Assembly (NCBI RefSeq): GCF_004010195.1
Contig: NC_057719.1
Coordinates: 70,153,728 to 70,217,727, forward strand
Direction of reading: 5' to 3'
Source: Chiloscyllium plagiosum
Taxonomy: Eukaryota
Length of the DNA: 64,000 bases
Part shown: piece after piece, positions 26,607 to 40,700 of the stretch
How the letters are laid out: each line of letters opens with the position of its first letter
Position numbering within the stretch: the first letter of the stretch is position 1
Program-made: the position numbers and the translations under genes
Notes under the pieces: model-generated
What the model was told of the DNA's origin: nothing
The model's database searches: none
The model's input: the letters and a program-made list of their open reading frames with translations, nothing else

Positions 26607-29126
26607 ATATTGGAAGCCAATGCTTGTGAATATAGGGTGTGGGGGTTCAGTGTTCATATAGTATGCCCCATGATGCTGGTGCTTTGTATCCAATGTGGAG
26701 GGTCTGTGGAGCAAGCAGCTCGCTGAATTCACCAGGTACTTGCTCTGCTTTCCATGTCAAGTTTTCTCAATGTTTGTTTGAAAACCTTAGTAAGATAGAA
26801 AGTGGTACATTAATGAGGTGAGTCGTGCAGGCATTCAACAAGCAATAATCCCTCTTAATTGACAACTCACCACTGCCTAGCAAGAAATTCACCAACCCAC
26901 TCGTGAAAAGCATAACAGATGGAATGAGATATTCCCAATGTCAAAATAAGTTACAGCGAACTTATCATCTGACTGTGCCACAAATTTCACCAAGGCCACA
27001 TCGCTCAGACCATTACAAGACTCTGCCCTGAGACTTCATTCCTCATCTCATACCATTCACTGTAAATGATAATAGTTTTAACCACAGCATTCTATCATTA
27101 GCAATGATGAAAATGGTGTGTCCAGTCCATGTAAATCTTTTGGTTCTGTAGGGCATTCTGGCACAATGACTGAAGTGACTTGTTGATTATTGGCATCATT
27201 AAAGTGATTATAACAAGTTGCTCTTTCTGTGATTTATTTTGTCAATGTCTCAATGTTTAAGAGGTATGATATGCTTGAAGCCTCTTGTCATTGATACTTT
27301 AATGGTCTGTCTGATTGACATTTTACAGGGTAGTAAAAACAACAGTTCCTTTTCTGAATAAGATTCTTTGATAGATGATTTTTTTTCCCTCCCTCAGTAG
27401 TTCTGCATATTACCATTGCTATAGAGTATAGAACACTACAGCAGAGGAACAGACCCTCTCGCCATTCTACCAGTCATTGCTGTGTACTGAGCAAATGGAC
27501 AGAGAAGGGGCATGAGTTGGCATGGGGATGGATGTATCATGTGCAAGACCTTTTGACCTTCCTTTCAATAGATTCCTGAATTCAGACCACTGCTAATGAC
27601 TCCTTGAGGGGTTATGAATCATGAGTCATGGAGAAGCTAGCGCAGAGCTGTGGAAATTTTGGTGTTAAGATGTATCAATCATATAATGGAACCATCCAGG
27701 TTAGGAATGCAAAGTGCCTGCACCCTTACTCTGTGCCAGTGAAGACTGAGAATAGCGCAAATCCCAGAAGGCACACACAGCTACTGCTTTCAAATAGCTC
27801 TGGAATCATTCCGCTCTAAGATATTGGGAAGCAAGTGATGCAAAATAATATTGTGGCATCTATCTTTGTACACTGATAAGAAGGAAAGCTGTATCTCAGC
27901 AAATTCTTCTTAACATATTGCGCTTAATAAACTACCGTCGCAGCTGTCCTTTTGTTTCAGGATATTCTAATAAACTATTCTAAATCAAAAAAGGGAGAAC
28001 AGCTGTCAAATATACGGCACCAAAACTGTGATATTGCCAGGACAATTCAAAATATACCTCAAATGGTTCAAGTCAAAACATGGTTTTAATACAAAGATAT
28101 GTAATGCATGCAAAGTATTCCCAGGATAAGTAAAATGGCAGCTCTCCAGAACACACTGGGCAAACATCCGCAGAAAGCCACATTCACGAAAGAAGCTACA
28201 CTGCTTCCCTACTATAATTGTTGGTAATTTTCACACCCAGAAATACTTACATCTTTCAAGTCTCACTCTCCAGGAAACCACAATGAGATTCCTTCAGATA
28301 TATGTGGCTCTACTCCAACCACAGTAGCTAACCAGCAGTTACTGGCATTTTTTTAAATTGAAATATGAAAATAACCATCATGGTATAATTTCATAAAAAC
28401 AGACTTAAAAATCTGATCTGAAAGAGAGTCAAAAATTTTCAAATTTCATGTTGGATCATAAAATTATTTATCATTTTGCTTTCGGAATAGGTGACAGAGA
28501 ATGCACTGGAGTTAAAGTCATACCCTCATTTCAGTGGGTGGCAGAAAGTTGGGGCTCAAAACCCAAACCACAATCAATTCTGCTGTTATTTTTATGGCAA
28601 CAGGTTGACTCCATTGTGACATTTAAATCACTCACCCATAGTGGAAATGACCATCTGATTTAAGTGTAATAACTACAAGCTTTCCTTCCCAGGGTTCAGG
28701 CAACCTGACATCTAATACAGGCTGGAACTAATGCAGCAAAAATGTGAAGTGCTTTAACAACATGCTATAACAATAATCCAGGAGCAATGGGGCTGTTTCC
28801 CAAATATGATCATAATGTTTCCTCGTTGCCACAATAGGTCAATATTCCCCATGCCCTAAACTTGTGATTTCGAGCCATCTGCCCCACAATCTCTCCTTCC
28901 TGATTGCCAATCCAAGAAGACCATCTCTACCTACAACCTCTCCTGACAGACTGTCTCAAATTGTTTGCAGATTTGATCTTCTGCTGCTGGCAACTACAAA
29001 ACACTGCAGTTGTGGAACACAAAATCCAGTTGTACAGTTCTCTGGAGCCTGCAAACAGTTATAAGGTAATATAACCTATCACTTTATTGAGTATTTCCAC
29101 ATATAAGATCGTATTTTATGAAAGCA

Positions 29127-29343
29127 AGGAGGGTCTCACTACTCATTGGCACCTATGTCAGCTCCTTCAGGAAAGGCTGACTGAACTGCACCTAAGGCAC
29201 TTGAAACCCCACAGACTTGAGAAAATAAAAGATCTGATAAGACAGCTCCCTTATACTGTCTCACTAGGAGGGTCTCACTACTCATTGGCACCTATGTCAG
29301 CTCCTTCAGGAAAGGCTGACTGAACTGCACCTAAGGCACTTGA
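29127..29343. repeat. Perfect 78-bp direct repeat (29127-29204, 29266-29343) around an inverted copy of 29802-29858
   Basis: Base-by-base comparison; see findings. Confidence 0.93.
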
Positions 29344-30734
29344 GTGGCCAGTGGGCATTTCCCAGATTCGAGGACCCTGGGGTAAAAATTCCAACAAAAG
29401 CTGCAGGCCAGAGGCCAGTAGCTGTCAACTGTAGGTGCTGCAACTGGAGGAGCTGTGTTAGCTGCTGGAATGTACCCAAAGGCCCAGGATTACTAACACA
29501 CCCAGACCACTGGTGAGTGAAGGCAGGATAGGGGTTGCGAGGGAGAGGGAATGGGGACTGTCAGCAACAGAAGGCTTTCAGAAGGCTCCTCTTTACCAGC
29601 GCTCAGTGCCTTGAACATTGGTGAACAATCCTAGTAAAAGGACATGAGCAGCTTTTGAGGCAGTCTAAATCACACCTTTTAAGGAGGTTCAGTAGCTAGA
29701 TCTTTGAAAGTGAAGACTTGACATTCTCAAAGAAGAAAACAAATGTTTACTGAAAATGGTTGACAAACAGTGTCAGTAACATCACAACTGGATTGCTGGG
29801 AAGTATAAGGGAGCTGTCTTATCAGATCTTTTATTTTCTCAAGTCTGTGGGGTTTCAATAGCAGTTTGTTGACCTATAATTACCTCATGATAATTTCAGA
29901 TGTTAGATTAGAAATTTCATGTGTACTTTTTAAAAATATAACACAAATTTACATAAGGTTGCTTTATTTTTCTTGCTTTAAAAAAAAACCATGAATATTG
30001 AGGCTTTATTCTCCTGGTGAGCACCACTAACAAAATTGTGGTGGTCTCATCTTGGGTCATAGTCAGAAACAAAGAAGAGAAATAAAAGTAGAAAACAAAT
30101 CACCACCTCAGACATTTTGGAAAATGACGTGAATATTTTTGCCATTTAAACTACAGATCAATGATCTCAGCATTTCGTATTTGATATGCTGTATATGAAT
30201 AAACATGTTAACATTTGATAACCTGTCAATGGTCCAGCATACCTGATAAATAAGTCCCAGATTTTATTGATAATGTTTGCTCCTAAAATTAAACATTTTT
30301 TACAGATTTTTTAAATTCCATCTTTAATACTGTGGCAAATGCAAAGTTTTTCATCTAGTACTCATCAGGACAAAATTGCAAGAATACCAAATGTCAAGGG
30401 AAATAACTGACCCTGCTTGAGCAAATTATATGGGAACTGCACTCTGATTAGTCAAGTTATTGCCATGGAGAACGCAAAAGGGAATGTCTAGCTCCCAAGC
30501 TTTTGTTTGGTTGTAAAGACACAATGCGTGAATATGTCCATCTGACATGAACCTGGCAATATGGAAAATCGTCTGTACTGTAAATTTTTGTCCGGCTATC
30601 TCCTGTCTACAAAAAGCATTAGAAATCCAACTTAGTCAATTACCAACCTATCAGTGTACCTTTATTAACCACAAAGTAATTGAAGCATACATCAGTGCTA
30701 TCAAGTAGCACTTGCTAAGCATGTGATGATGCTT

Positions 30735-32852
30735 ATTGATGCTACCAGGGCCACTCAGCTCCTGACATCATTAAAGTCTTGTCCCAAGCACGGATAAATG
30801 ATCCACAGGTAAGGCAATAGTGACAGCTCTTGACATTATGGTGACATTTGATTAAAGGTGGAAATAAGGAGACCTGGAAAAACTGAATTCGATGAGAATC
30901 AACAGAAACTTTATGCAGGTTGGAGTCATACGTGTCACAAATGATGCCTTTCTCAACTAAAAACGGTGGCTCTACATGGTGCCTATTTCCACTATTCCCT
31001 GCCAGTTCGTGTATCTGTTAAGACATCTCTTAAATGTTGCTGTTGTATCTACCTGCACTACATTCTCTGGCAGCGCATTCCAGGCACTTACCACTTCTGT
31101 ATAAAAAAAACTTGCCTCTCACATCTCCTTTAAACTTCCCCCCCTTTTTAGCTTAAAGTTATTCTCCTTGTAACTGACATTTCTACTCTGGGAAAAGAGA
31201 GACTCTGAATATCCATTCTATCCATGCCTCTCATAATTGTGTAAACTTCTATGAAGTCTGCTATCAGATTACTTTAAAAGAAAGAAAGAATGTGGTCTTG
31301 GGCACAATGGTAGTATTCCTAACTCTGGGTTAGAAGAGCCCCACGTACTTCAGAGATGTATAATAACATTCCTGAACAGGTTGAACAGGAAAGTATCTAA
31401 AGAACATGTTTTATGTGTGTGTATATCTGGGCCAGAAAGCCTAGGTTCAAGTCTCACCAGCTTGAACACACTGTTACAATAGTTAATTCTACAAAATGCG
31501 ATTTTCTTTCCAAATATTTGTTGCCTTTCGTTCCTCTATGATGATGTTCAGTTCTTGATAATGGTGTATGTGAAAGAGTGCTGCTCTTCCATTCAACAGT
31601 AAGTGTTTCTATTTGGTCATGTGACACTGAACAGTCACAATAGCCCCTAAAGTTTAAACAGAATCTCAGGTTAAATTGATTAATTTACTCTGAAATAAAC
31701 TAAACATGAAACATTCATTCCCCTATGTAAAGGAAGACATTTGTAATTGCTGGCTGATAATCATCTCAGCAATTCTTCTGATTGTATTCTTTTTAAAATA
31801 AAAAAAATCATCCTGTCGGTTCAGAGCTGTTAGGATACACCTCTGGAGCAATTAAATCTTAAACCCAGGCCTTGTGGTTCAGGGGTAGGGAACTCCCACT
31901 GTGTCACAAGAACCCTATTCCTCAGTATAATGTCTCAGGCCCAACCATCTTAAGTACCTTTGCCAAATGACTTTCCCTGATATAATGTTGGCGGTGAGGA
32001 TGTCCTCTGACAATTGCATGATGTTCAGACAGTCTGAACAAGACTCCTCAGAATCTTAAGTAGCCCATGCAGGGTCTGTCATTTGCAAACAGAACCATAG
32101 GCATTTTAGAAGAGGACAACATCCAGGTTTGGGCAAATAAATGGCACATAAGTGCCAGGCAATGACCAACTCCAACCAGAAAAAATCTAACCACATCTGC
32201 TTAGCATTCAATGTCATTACACTCACTCTAATCCCCAATGTCAACATTCTTAAGATATAATTGACCAGCAACTATACTGGATGAACCACATAAATAGTGT
32301 CGCTAAAAGAGCAGACCAGAGGCTAAGAATTTTACAGCAAGTAACTCATATCCTGACTCCTCAAAGCCTGTTCACCATCTACAAAGCTCAAGCTCAAGTG
32401 TGATGGAATATACACTCCACTCTACTGCTTGGGTGAAGCTCCAACTAAAGCTTGATTGGTAACCCATCGTGCAGCAACAACATTCATTCTCTTCACCAAC
32501 TCAAAATGGCAGCAGTGCATACTGTGAGACATAGCACAATTCATCCAAACTCATTCAATAGCACTTCCAAACTGGCATCCTCATCCACTTAGATGGACAA
32601 GGGCAGAAGATGCATAGGACTACCATCAACTCTCCTCCAAGCTACAAAAATCCTGACTTGAAATTATATCACCATTGCTTCAGTGTCTCTGGGCCAAAGT
32701 CCATCCTAGTAGTATTGTGGATGCTCTTACTCTCCAAGGATTAGAGCAACTCAAGGAGGAAACTCCCCACTTCCTTCTCACGGCAATTAGGAAACAGTAA
32801 TAAATATTGGTTTAGCCAGTGACACCCACATCCCATGAACGAATGAAAAAAG
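30735..32852 (+). mobile_element. Decayed CR1/L2-group LINE (30735-30940 and ~31925-32852) interrupted by a minus-strand CR1 piece and short SINEs
   Basis: GGCCACTCAGCTCCTGACATCATTA, CATAAGTGCCAGGCAATGACCA and 3' end GGCAATTAGG..TAAATATTGG..CACATCCCATGAACGAATG match 1413-2650. Confidence 0.75.
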
Positions 32853-34234
32853 GTTCTGTTTGTGAATGACAAGCCCTGCATATACATCTGTCGCTTCCAG
32901 CACAAATAAGTGAGCCACACTGCAAGTCCAACTGATTATCTTAAATTGGCTGATAATGTAATTCTCAGCGGAATCAGGATTGTTTCAAAATGTTATAGTG
33001 TCAATATTAAATGTGCTTCAATGTTCAGAGATTTACAAGCCAAGGCTTGTTGGGTATTGTCAGCACTCTGCCCATTGTGAAAGGTCAAAGGGATTTATTG
33101 CTTGATATGATCTGCCAGTCACTGGGGCATAGGACCTACATACCTGACATCACACAGTCAATGAATTTAATATATTATATTACTCATTGGTGTGGTAGGC
33201 AAGGAGACTTTTTGGCTTGACAGCAGCATCCTGTGGATTAGATCATATATTTTTACTGCATAGTATAAGCATGAAACAGTTAGTTGTTGTTTTATTTTTT
33301 TGAGACACAATACCCTTCCAGAGTAATCAGAGGTAGATTAATTGCACTTCAGGATGCAAAGTAGCACCTTCAACCCATTCATGAGTTTACATGACATATA
33401 GCATGCACTAATCTGGTCAACGCCAAGAGGATAGGTTTGATGTGTCCTATTTTGACATCATGCAATGGCTGTGATCTCTTTATGAGGTTATTAAGGCCAA
33501 TCTCACAGCACATGGAGTTGTTTCCCTCTTTGAGATTTAGTATTCTTGCAATCCTGTTCTAATGAGCGCAAGATGGGAAACTTTTGAAAGCATGTTTTTT
33601 TTTGCTCAAGCGATATTCAAGTTCTGTACTACCAAACGATTCATTAAATCTTTATTAAGTTGCAGTAATACTCATGAATAAACTCAGGTGAACAAAACAT
33701 GTGCTACACATTTTACTCAGTGACAGATTGCAACCATATTTCTGTCATTTTATCTATGGCAAAAACACAGATTTAAAACTTCACATCAGATTTTAATTAA
33801 TTCTTAAGCGCACTGGTATGAATAGTTCTAAAGCTGATATCACTGTACTTTGTCTTGAATTTACTGACTGTTACTTCATTTGTAGTGTAAACCCGAGAGA
33901 CAACATTATTTTTCCTTGAAGGTAAAAGATTAATAACTTTTAAAAGGGATACACGTAATATTGCAAATAGAACTATTTTGCTTGAAGCTTCACTGTAACA
34001 GATTGACATTCTGGTGAACTTGATAATGACATAAGGGTTAGAATTCATTGAAGTTAATGCAAGAAAATATTTGAAAGAAAGCAACGGTATTGACAAACCC
34101 CTAGTGCCTAGCTCTTCACACGATGTAAATAAGAGTTTTCATCCACAATTTTCCAACGCATTCTCAATTCAATACTGTCCCTTTAGATTAGCATTTGACA
34201 AATTTAACTTCTTTATTTAAAAAAATGGAGAAAA

Positions 34235-35535
34235 AGAAAATTCAGGAAAATTCAGACCTGTTCGACCAATGTCTGTGTGAGGTAGTGGTTGGAATATATA
34301 ACTAAAGACAAACTGACAGAGCACTTAAAGAAATTTGAGCCGATTAAAGAGAGCCAACATGGATTTGTAGAGGGTCGATCATGTCTAACAAATCTAACTG
34401 AATTTTTTCAGTAAGTGTCAGGAGTAATATACAGGTATTGTCTGTATTGCATATGCATACAGAAGTCTAAGAGTTTAGTAAGCATCTACTCAAGAAACGG
34501 CTCACTAAAATTAAAATCCATGAAATTCAAGATAAATTATTGATCTGATTTGGCTGCAGAAGGCAAAGGCACATGATAATGGGAATGTACTTCAGTTGGA
34601 AGGAATGATTCAAAGCAATCCACAAGGTGCTAATGATATTTGTTAATGGCTTAGACAATGCAAAATAGACAAGTATGCTGTTGATACAAAGACTGTTGCA
34701 AAATAAGAAATGTACTCTCAAGCATAACATTGCAAAGAGATATTGGTAGATTTAAAAATCAGGCAAAATTGAAACAGGGAGATTTCACCACAATTAAATG
34801 CAAGGTAGTCCAATTTGGATCAAAAATGATAGATCTGACATTTTGCTTTTAAAATGGTTAAATACTAGAAAAGTCTAGTTGTGATCCAAGAGATTTATGA
34901 GATCATGTACACAGATCATTAAAAGGCAATAGTCAGATCCACAAACATTCAGAAAAGATTAACCAAGTATATGCCATTAGGTACTTAGAATATAACAGGG
35001 GGGAATGTTTTGTTACAGTTATGCAAAAGCCCAGTTCGTACCATATCCTGGGTTCTGGACATGGCACATTAGAAAGGCTTTGAAAGAAATGCAATGCAAG
35101 TTCAGCAAAATGTTAACATGGTTCCAATCAATAGATTATGAGGAGAGATGGCAGGGCTTGTGTTCCCTGGAATATGACATGGTCTCAGGTGTTAACGGGC
35201 TTGCAGTTTAAGGATTTGAAAATAATTGATAGGGTAGCTGGAGAAAAATGTTCTTCACTTCCATCTTTTCCACCAAAGAATGGAACCTTAAAATCCTTAA
35301 GGAGAGATACAGAAAATAATTCTTCCCACAAAGGCTATTAGAAACATGAAACTCTATAACAAAAAGGCAGCAGGTGCTGGTTCAATGCTGAGTTTTTATT
35401 TTTAAATCAACAGATTTATTTTTGCCAATCATGGGTATTCAGGGACACGGAACCAATGAAGTTAGGGTATAAACCAACCATGATCTCAATCAGAACCATG
35501 ACAATCTCAAATACTCTACCATTGTTCCTACATTC
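34235..35535 (+). mobile_element. Old CR1 LINE RT-to-3'-end remnant
   Basis: SQHGFVEGRSCLTNLTEFF motif at ~34352-34408; many stops and indels. Confidence 0.78.
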
Positions 35536-37712
35536 CTAAAACAAATCTAAACAAACATTGTTTTTGCGACTGAGTAAAGCACATATAAATTATTTGTGCG
35601 ATGGATAAAGAAAACTAAAAATAAATTTACATTCTTTTCAAATAGAAAACAACTGAATAATGAAGATCATATTTAAATAAATCCAACTTGTAATGAAACA
35701 GAAACTAGCAAAGTACTTAGAATGTTTAGGATAACATTTCTGATTCCCCATCTCTGAGGGATTCTAAGAAAATAAACAAATCAATTTGTTAACAATGCAG
35801 TTTGGAAAAAGATTTGTTAGCCAGAACACTGAGAGAAGTCTCTTTTTTTTTATTCAAACATTGAAGACTGTGGCAAAGTTCCTTGAACAGCCAAAACCTC
35901 AGTTTAGTTTCTATAGACAACACATTGAGAAGTGCAGCAGTCAGTCAGTACTACACTGAATCCAACTCACATAGCGAGGGTTGCAGCTACTTATTATTTT
36001 GACATACCAATACTCAGTTGACTCAAATAATGATTAAACATTCAGCTGCAATAAACCATCATAAAAATAAGTTTCTACTTAAAAAGTGAAACATTGTATT
36101 ACATACATTAATGAGAAGACACGTTGTTCAGTATTTTGTTTTATAAAAACAGTACATATGTACATCACTGTCAGCCAGTTTTCCCACATGAACTTCAAGA
36201 CTAAAATTTCATTTTTTGATCATATTTTAGAACAGTTCTGCAGATAAAGCACAGCTCTGGAGAGCCATGTCTGAAATGTCAGGTCAAGTGTGACACCTGC
36301 TTTATGCCCTCAGCACTTGGCATTATGACAATTTAGATGGTGCTCCAAGTTTAATTATTTCATTATTAGAGACAGCCTTAAAATTACACTATTGTTTCAT
36401 GTACAGTTCCATTTCATTTTGTAATAAACTTGTTACATATTTTCTAGCCCAGTTATATCCCGATAAGGCCACATTTGAAACAATGATATAATTTGAAAGC
36501 GTACTTTTAATATAAAACACAGCGTCACTGAGAAAAGAGGACACTTGGTTCAGGCTGATGTAGAATAGCAGATGGCCGTTGAATAGTGAAGGTCAACAGT
36601 CCAATTTACTGATTCACTTTATGAAATTTTAGCATGGTTATTAAAAAAGGAGGAAAATATGGGCCATCACATGGCAAGGTATTTCCATCATTCTTTGAAA
36701 GGACAGACTAAATATTATATCCACGCAGTAACCTGCAGGTTTTGACTGTGTGCTGAGAAAAAAATATGTTTACAAGTGATGCTAAGTGGTGAGGGTAGGG
36801 GCAATTAGTAAGTATCGGGTATTTGTCGTTACTTAACATTCTGAAATCCTTTAAGTTCACTGATTACAATTTTAACCATATTCTTAACTAGAATTTAGTT
36901 AGTTATATGGAGAAAACTTGATAATTGATCGTGCTAAGCTATCTCATGTTAACATAATCAGAATGCATGGTAGTATTCCCTAAGACAAGCACATTTTGGC
37001 ATGCCTGGAGTGAAAACATATTCTACAACTAAGGTGGTCTGCTTTAGATTATACCTGCAATACTTGTAATGAGTCATGAGAATCCAGTACCTGTGTTGCC
37101 AGAGGGGATACATGGGATCATTATAAGCAACTCTAAGCAAGCAATCTTATTATTGTGTTTGAAACAAATCCAATATAAACCTGTAAAAGCATTTTAGTCT
37201 GGGTTAAGGAGAGATCCATACTTACTTTTATTAGGCTTATAGCAGAAAGCAAAGAGCAAAGTAAAATATAAAATGCAACTTAAAGAAACATAGCATATAC
37301 GAATGGGGATGTGGGCACCATTGTAATAACCAATTCAACCAACCTACTGTAAATAATAAATGTGTGGTCGATTGTGGGGAATTGTCACCTTATGTACAAT
37401 GGGAGTTATGGAATTAACATTAGCTTTGTTTCAATATCAAAATTATTATTCCATCTTCAAAACATCAGCTGGTGCCCATTTTAAGCTCAGCTGTTTGATT
37501 TATATTTCACCAGCTCAATAATTTTATGGACGTTATCCCATTAGAAATCTGATAAGCTACAAATTATGCAACCTTTGTAGAATTTTTGTAACACGATTCT
37601 TTACAGAACATTTTTTTCAGTTGCAATGATTTTCATGCTTTTCTCAGAATCACAAGGATATTGCAGGACTGCAAGAACTGTAATGTGCATTCTGCCCATT
37701 TCTTGTGTACTT

Positions 37713-37729
37713 GTGTGTGTGTGTGTGTG
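37713..37729. repeat. (TG)8 microsatellite
   Basis: Direct reading. Confidence 0.85.
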
Positions 37730-40700
37730 CAGTACCATGACACCAGAGCCTCTGAGGGTCAGATTAATTAAGCTCACCAGCAGCTGCAGTGCAATGTGAG
37801 AAGCACATTGCCACATTTCCCACCAGTTCTGCCCAATTACCTGCAGCATTCCAGTACTGGACAACTGACATCTAGCACACTGCTCACAAGACTACATTCC
37901 CTCTAGTCTCCTGATGAATTTTAAAACAAAATTCTCAATCCTTTGAAAGCACTGAAGAACCCCGCACCTGCTGCAGCGAGCAATGACGAGTCCCAGTGAG
38001 AGTTTTGTCAGTCAGATCTCTGCAGATGCTCTTTTACTTTATATCAGAATCAATCCAAAGATGGAAATGAGATGACAATCTCATGCTCAGACCTCGAAAG
38101 TCATTTCTATTTCTAAAAGATGTGGCTTGACAGGCCTACAACAGTTAAGAGTGCATCCTGGCTTGTCTCCAGTGTAAGCAGCTGCAACTAAACATTGTGG
38201 TCAATAACAACAAAGACCGAGGTTCCCACATCTCTATCCCCAGCAGAACAGGAGAGTGGGGAATGGTTATCAGTTTCAGCTACTTACAGCTACAGAACCA
38301 CAGTTGCCTGGTAATTTCTGACAGTTTTCAACCACTGAAAGAGAAGAACAACACGAAAAACAGGACTGAGAAGTATGTGGGATTTGAAACTGGCATTTCA
38401 GCTTTGGACCTGGTTCAAATTCACCTCGGACTGGCAGAAGCGAAGTCTCCTCTTCGAACTAGTTGAGAGCTGCTATGGTACACACGAGTCCATGGCACTT
38501 TAGCAACTTATCAATCCCACTGAGCAAGCACAGAATGGCTACTACGCTAAATAGAAAAGATCACACCGCTGCAGCGCATGGTACTTATATGAGGGTAGGA
38601 TTATTTAGTGAGAGCTTGTGTTTTAATGACTTAGGAAGAATTGGTGCTGACGTACATGCTAATGTGCAAAATGCTCTATTGTACAAAAAAAGAGCAGGTC
38701 ATTACAACATTATGCTAACTTGATAATGTTATTAAGTTTAAAAAAGTACAGAAGAGAAATGAAATTTCCATAACTATTGTACACATGCTTCCTAGTAGTT
38801 AATTGCAAATCATTCCTCAATACAATTTTTAGGAACTGTATTTAACAAATAGCCTTTAAATGTGATCATTAGTTATCAGTCATAAAATTCACTGATAACC
38901 ATAATGACTACAAAAGGAAAAAAATCAGAATCAATGCTTAAGTCATGCTCACCCCAAATAACAATCACAGTGTTACGATTGTTTAAAAACACAATCTGGA
39001 ACAATTTCAAGGCTACAAATAATTCTGGAGTGTGATGATAGCTGTATCAACTGTGCTATGTAGAACATGAAGTGAATAACCTCTTTGTAACAAGTGGAGA
39101 TCAAAAATATACAATACTAAAAATCCTGTATCTAATTGCATGTATTTCCTTAAATCATAAACATTTTTAATACAAGTCACTGATTTCACAGCTTAAAGAC
39201 CGAAACAACATTTTGTATCAGTTCAGTCATTTTATCTTCATAATTTCCCTGCACCAAATTAAAAGGTAGCCACAAAACCTCATACAAGGATTCAGGTTGA
39301 AATGTATTCTTTACAAAAATATTCACATTAATCATAGCTACAGCATACAGCTACTTCTCGGGAACACTTGTGGTAGAGTGATAGTGTCCCTATCTCTGGA
39401 CCAGTAGTCTTGAATTCAAGTCCCACTTGCTCCACAGGTTGATGCAGAAAATAGCTACATTGGTTTTGCATTGTATTTTTAACCACAAACTGTCCTTGTG
39501 CTCTATATGCAAAATTAAAATGGGCTCTCTCAGTCTACAATGTCAACCAAGACCATCAATTCTCTTCCTGTCTTGTAGCAGAAATTATAACCAATTATTT
39601 TCCAATAATTACTCAATTAAGACTATGCCAATTACATAAATGTGTTAATTAAAATTTGTAATCCATTAATTTACTGTGAAAGTACACATAAACACTTTCA
39701 AGAGCTGAACAGAAATGTTTTAAGTCTAGCCCACGAAAGGAGATGCTTTTCATTACTGCCTTTAATTGATGTCAGCAAAGAATAATTGGTAGTGGCTTAC
39801 ATCAGCAAGTGAACAAGATGACAACCATCTGTTGACATCAGAAAGTAAGCTTTACAACCTGCGCAAAGTAAATTATTTTTTTCTACATTTTAGCATAAGG
39901 CATTTTGGTAACAAGCATACTTACTTTAAAAAATGTCTGTAATTTTCAACATATAACAGCAAACAGTAAACCTTTGTGTTTCTTAGTGCTAAACTCAAAA
40001 GTATCATAATCCTTTTGCATTGCAACATCTAGGTCAACAGTTTGACACTGTAAGCCTCAAAACACAGACAATATTATATGTATACATTAATATATAATTT
40101 GATATATATATATATATTAAAAATTTCACATTATTATTCAACAATGCATAGAGACCAATATGTTTAATATATTTTAGGGGACCCAGTAGAAAATGCAGCT
40201 AACACCGATTTATGTGACAAAATCTATATTTCTTATGAATCTATTAAAACTAAAGGGAATCTAAAATGTATTGGTTTAATAGTTGCTGAGTTCCTCACCA
40301 GCTGCCATAAAATTGAAACTTTATAACAGCTGTTTTCATTCCTTTACAACAAAAGTTCAAAGTCATGGACTGGCCCTTCATTTTGTAAATGATGTAGGAA
40401 GCAGTGCTCAGTTTCTCCTTAATTCACTCACATGGGCTTCAGATACAGATTCAACCAGAATCCACCCACATTAACCTTGGGTGTTGTGCAATACTGTCGA
40501 TATTATTTTGCTGTGACTACTTATACCTCCTGTTTGAAAGTGTAACTTTCTAAATTAAAATACAGACATGCTGGGTATTATTCTCATCTCAGTCTTAAAC
40601 TTGTGCAACTGACTCATTCTCCTTCATTAGTCTTTGAGTCATCAAGTTATATTATACATTATTTAAGTGAAATGTATATATTTGAATGTTTACATATCTG

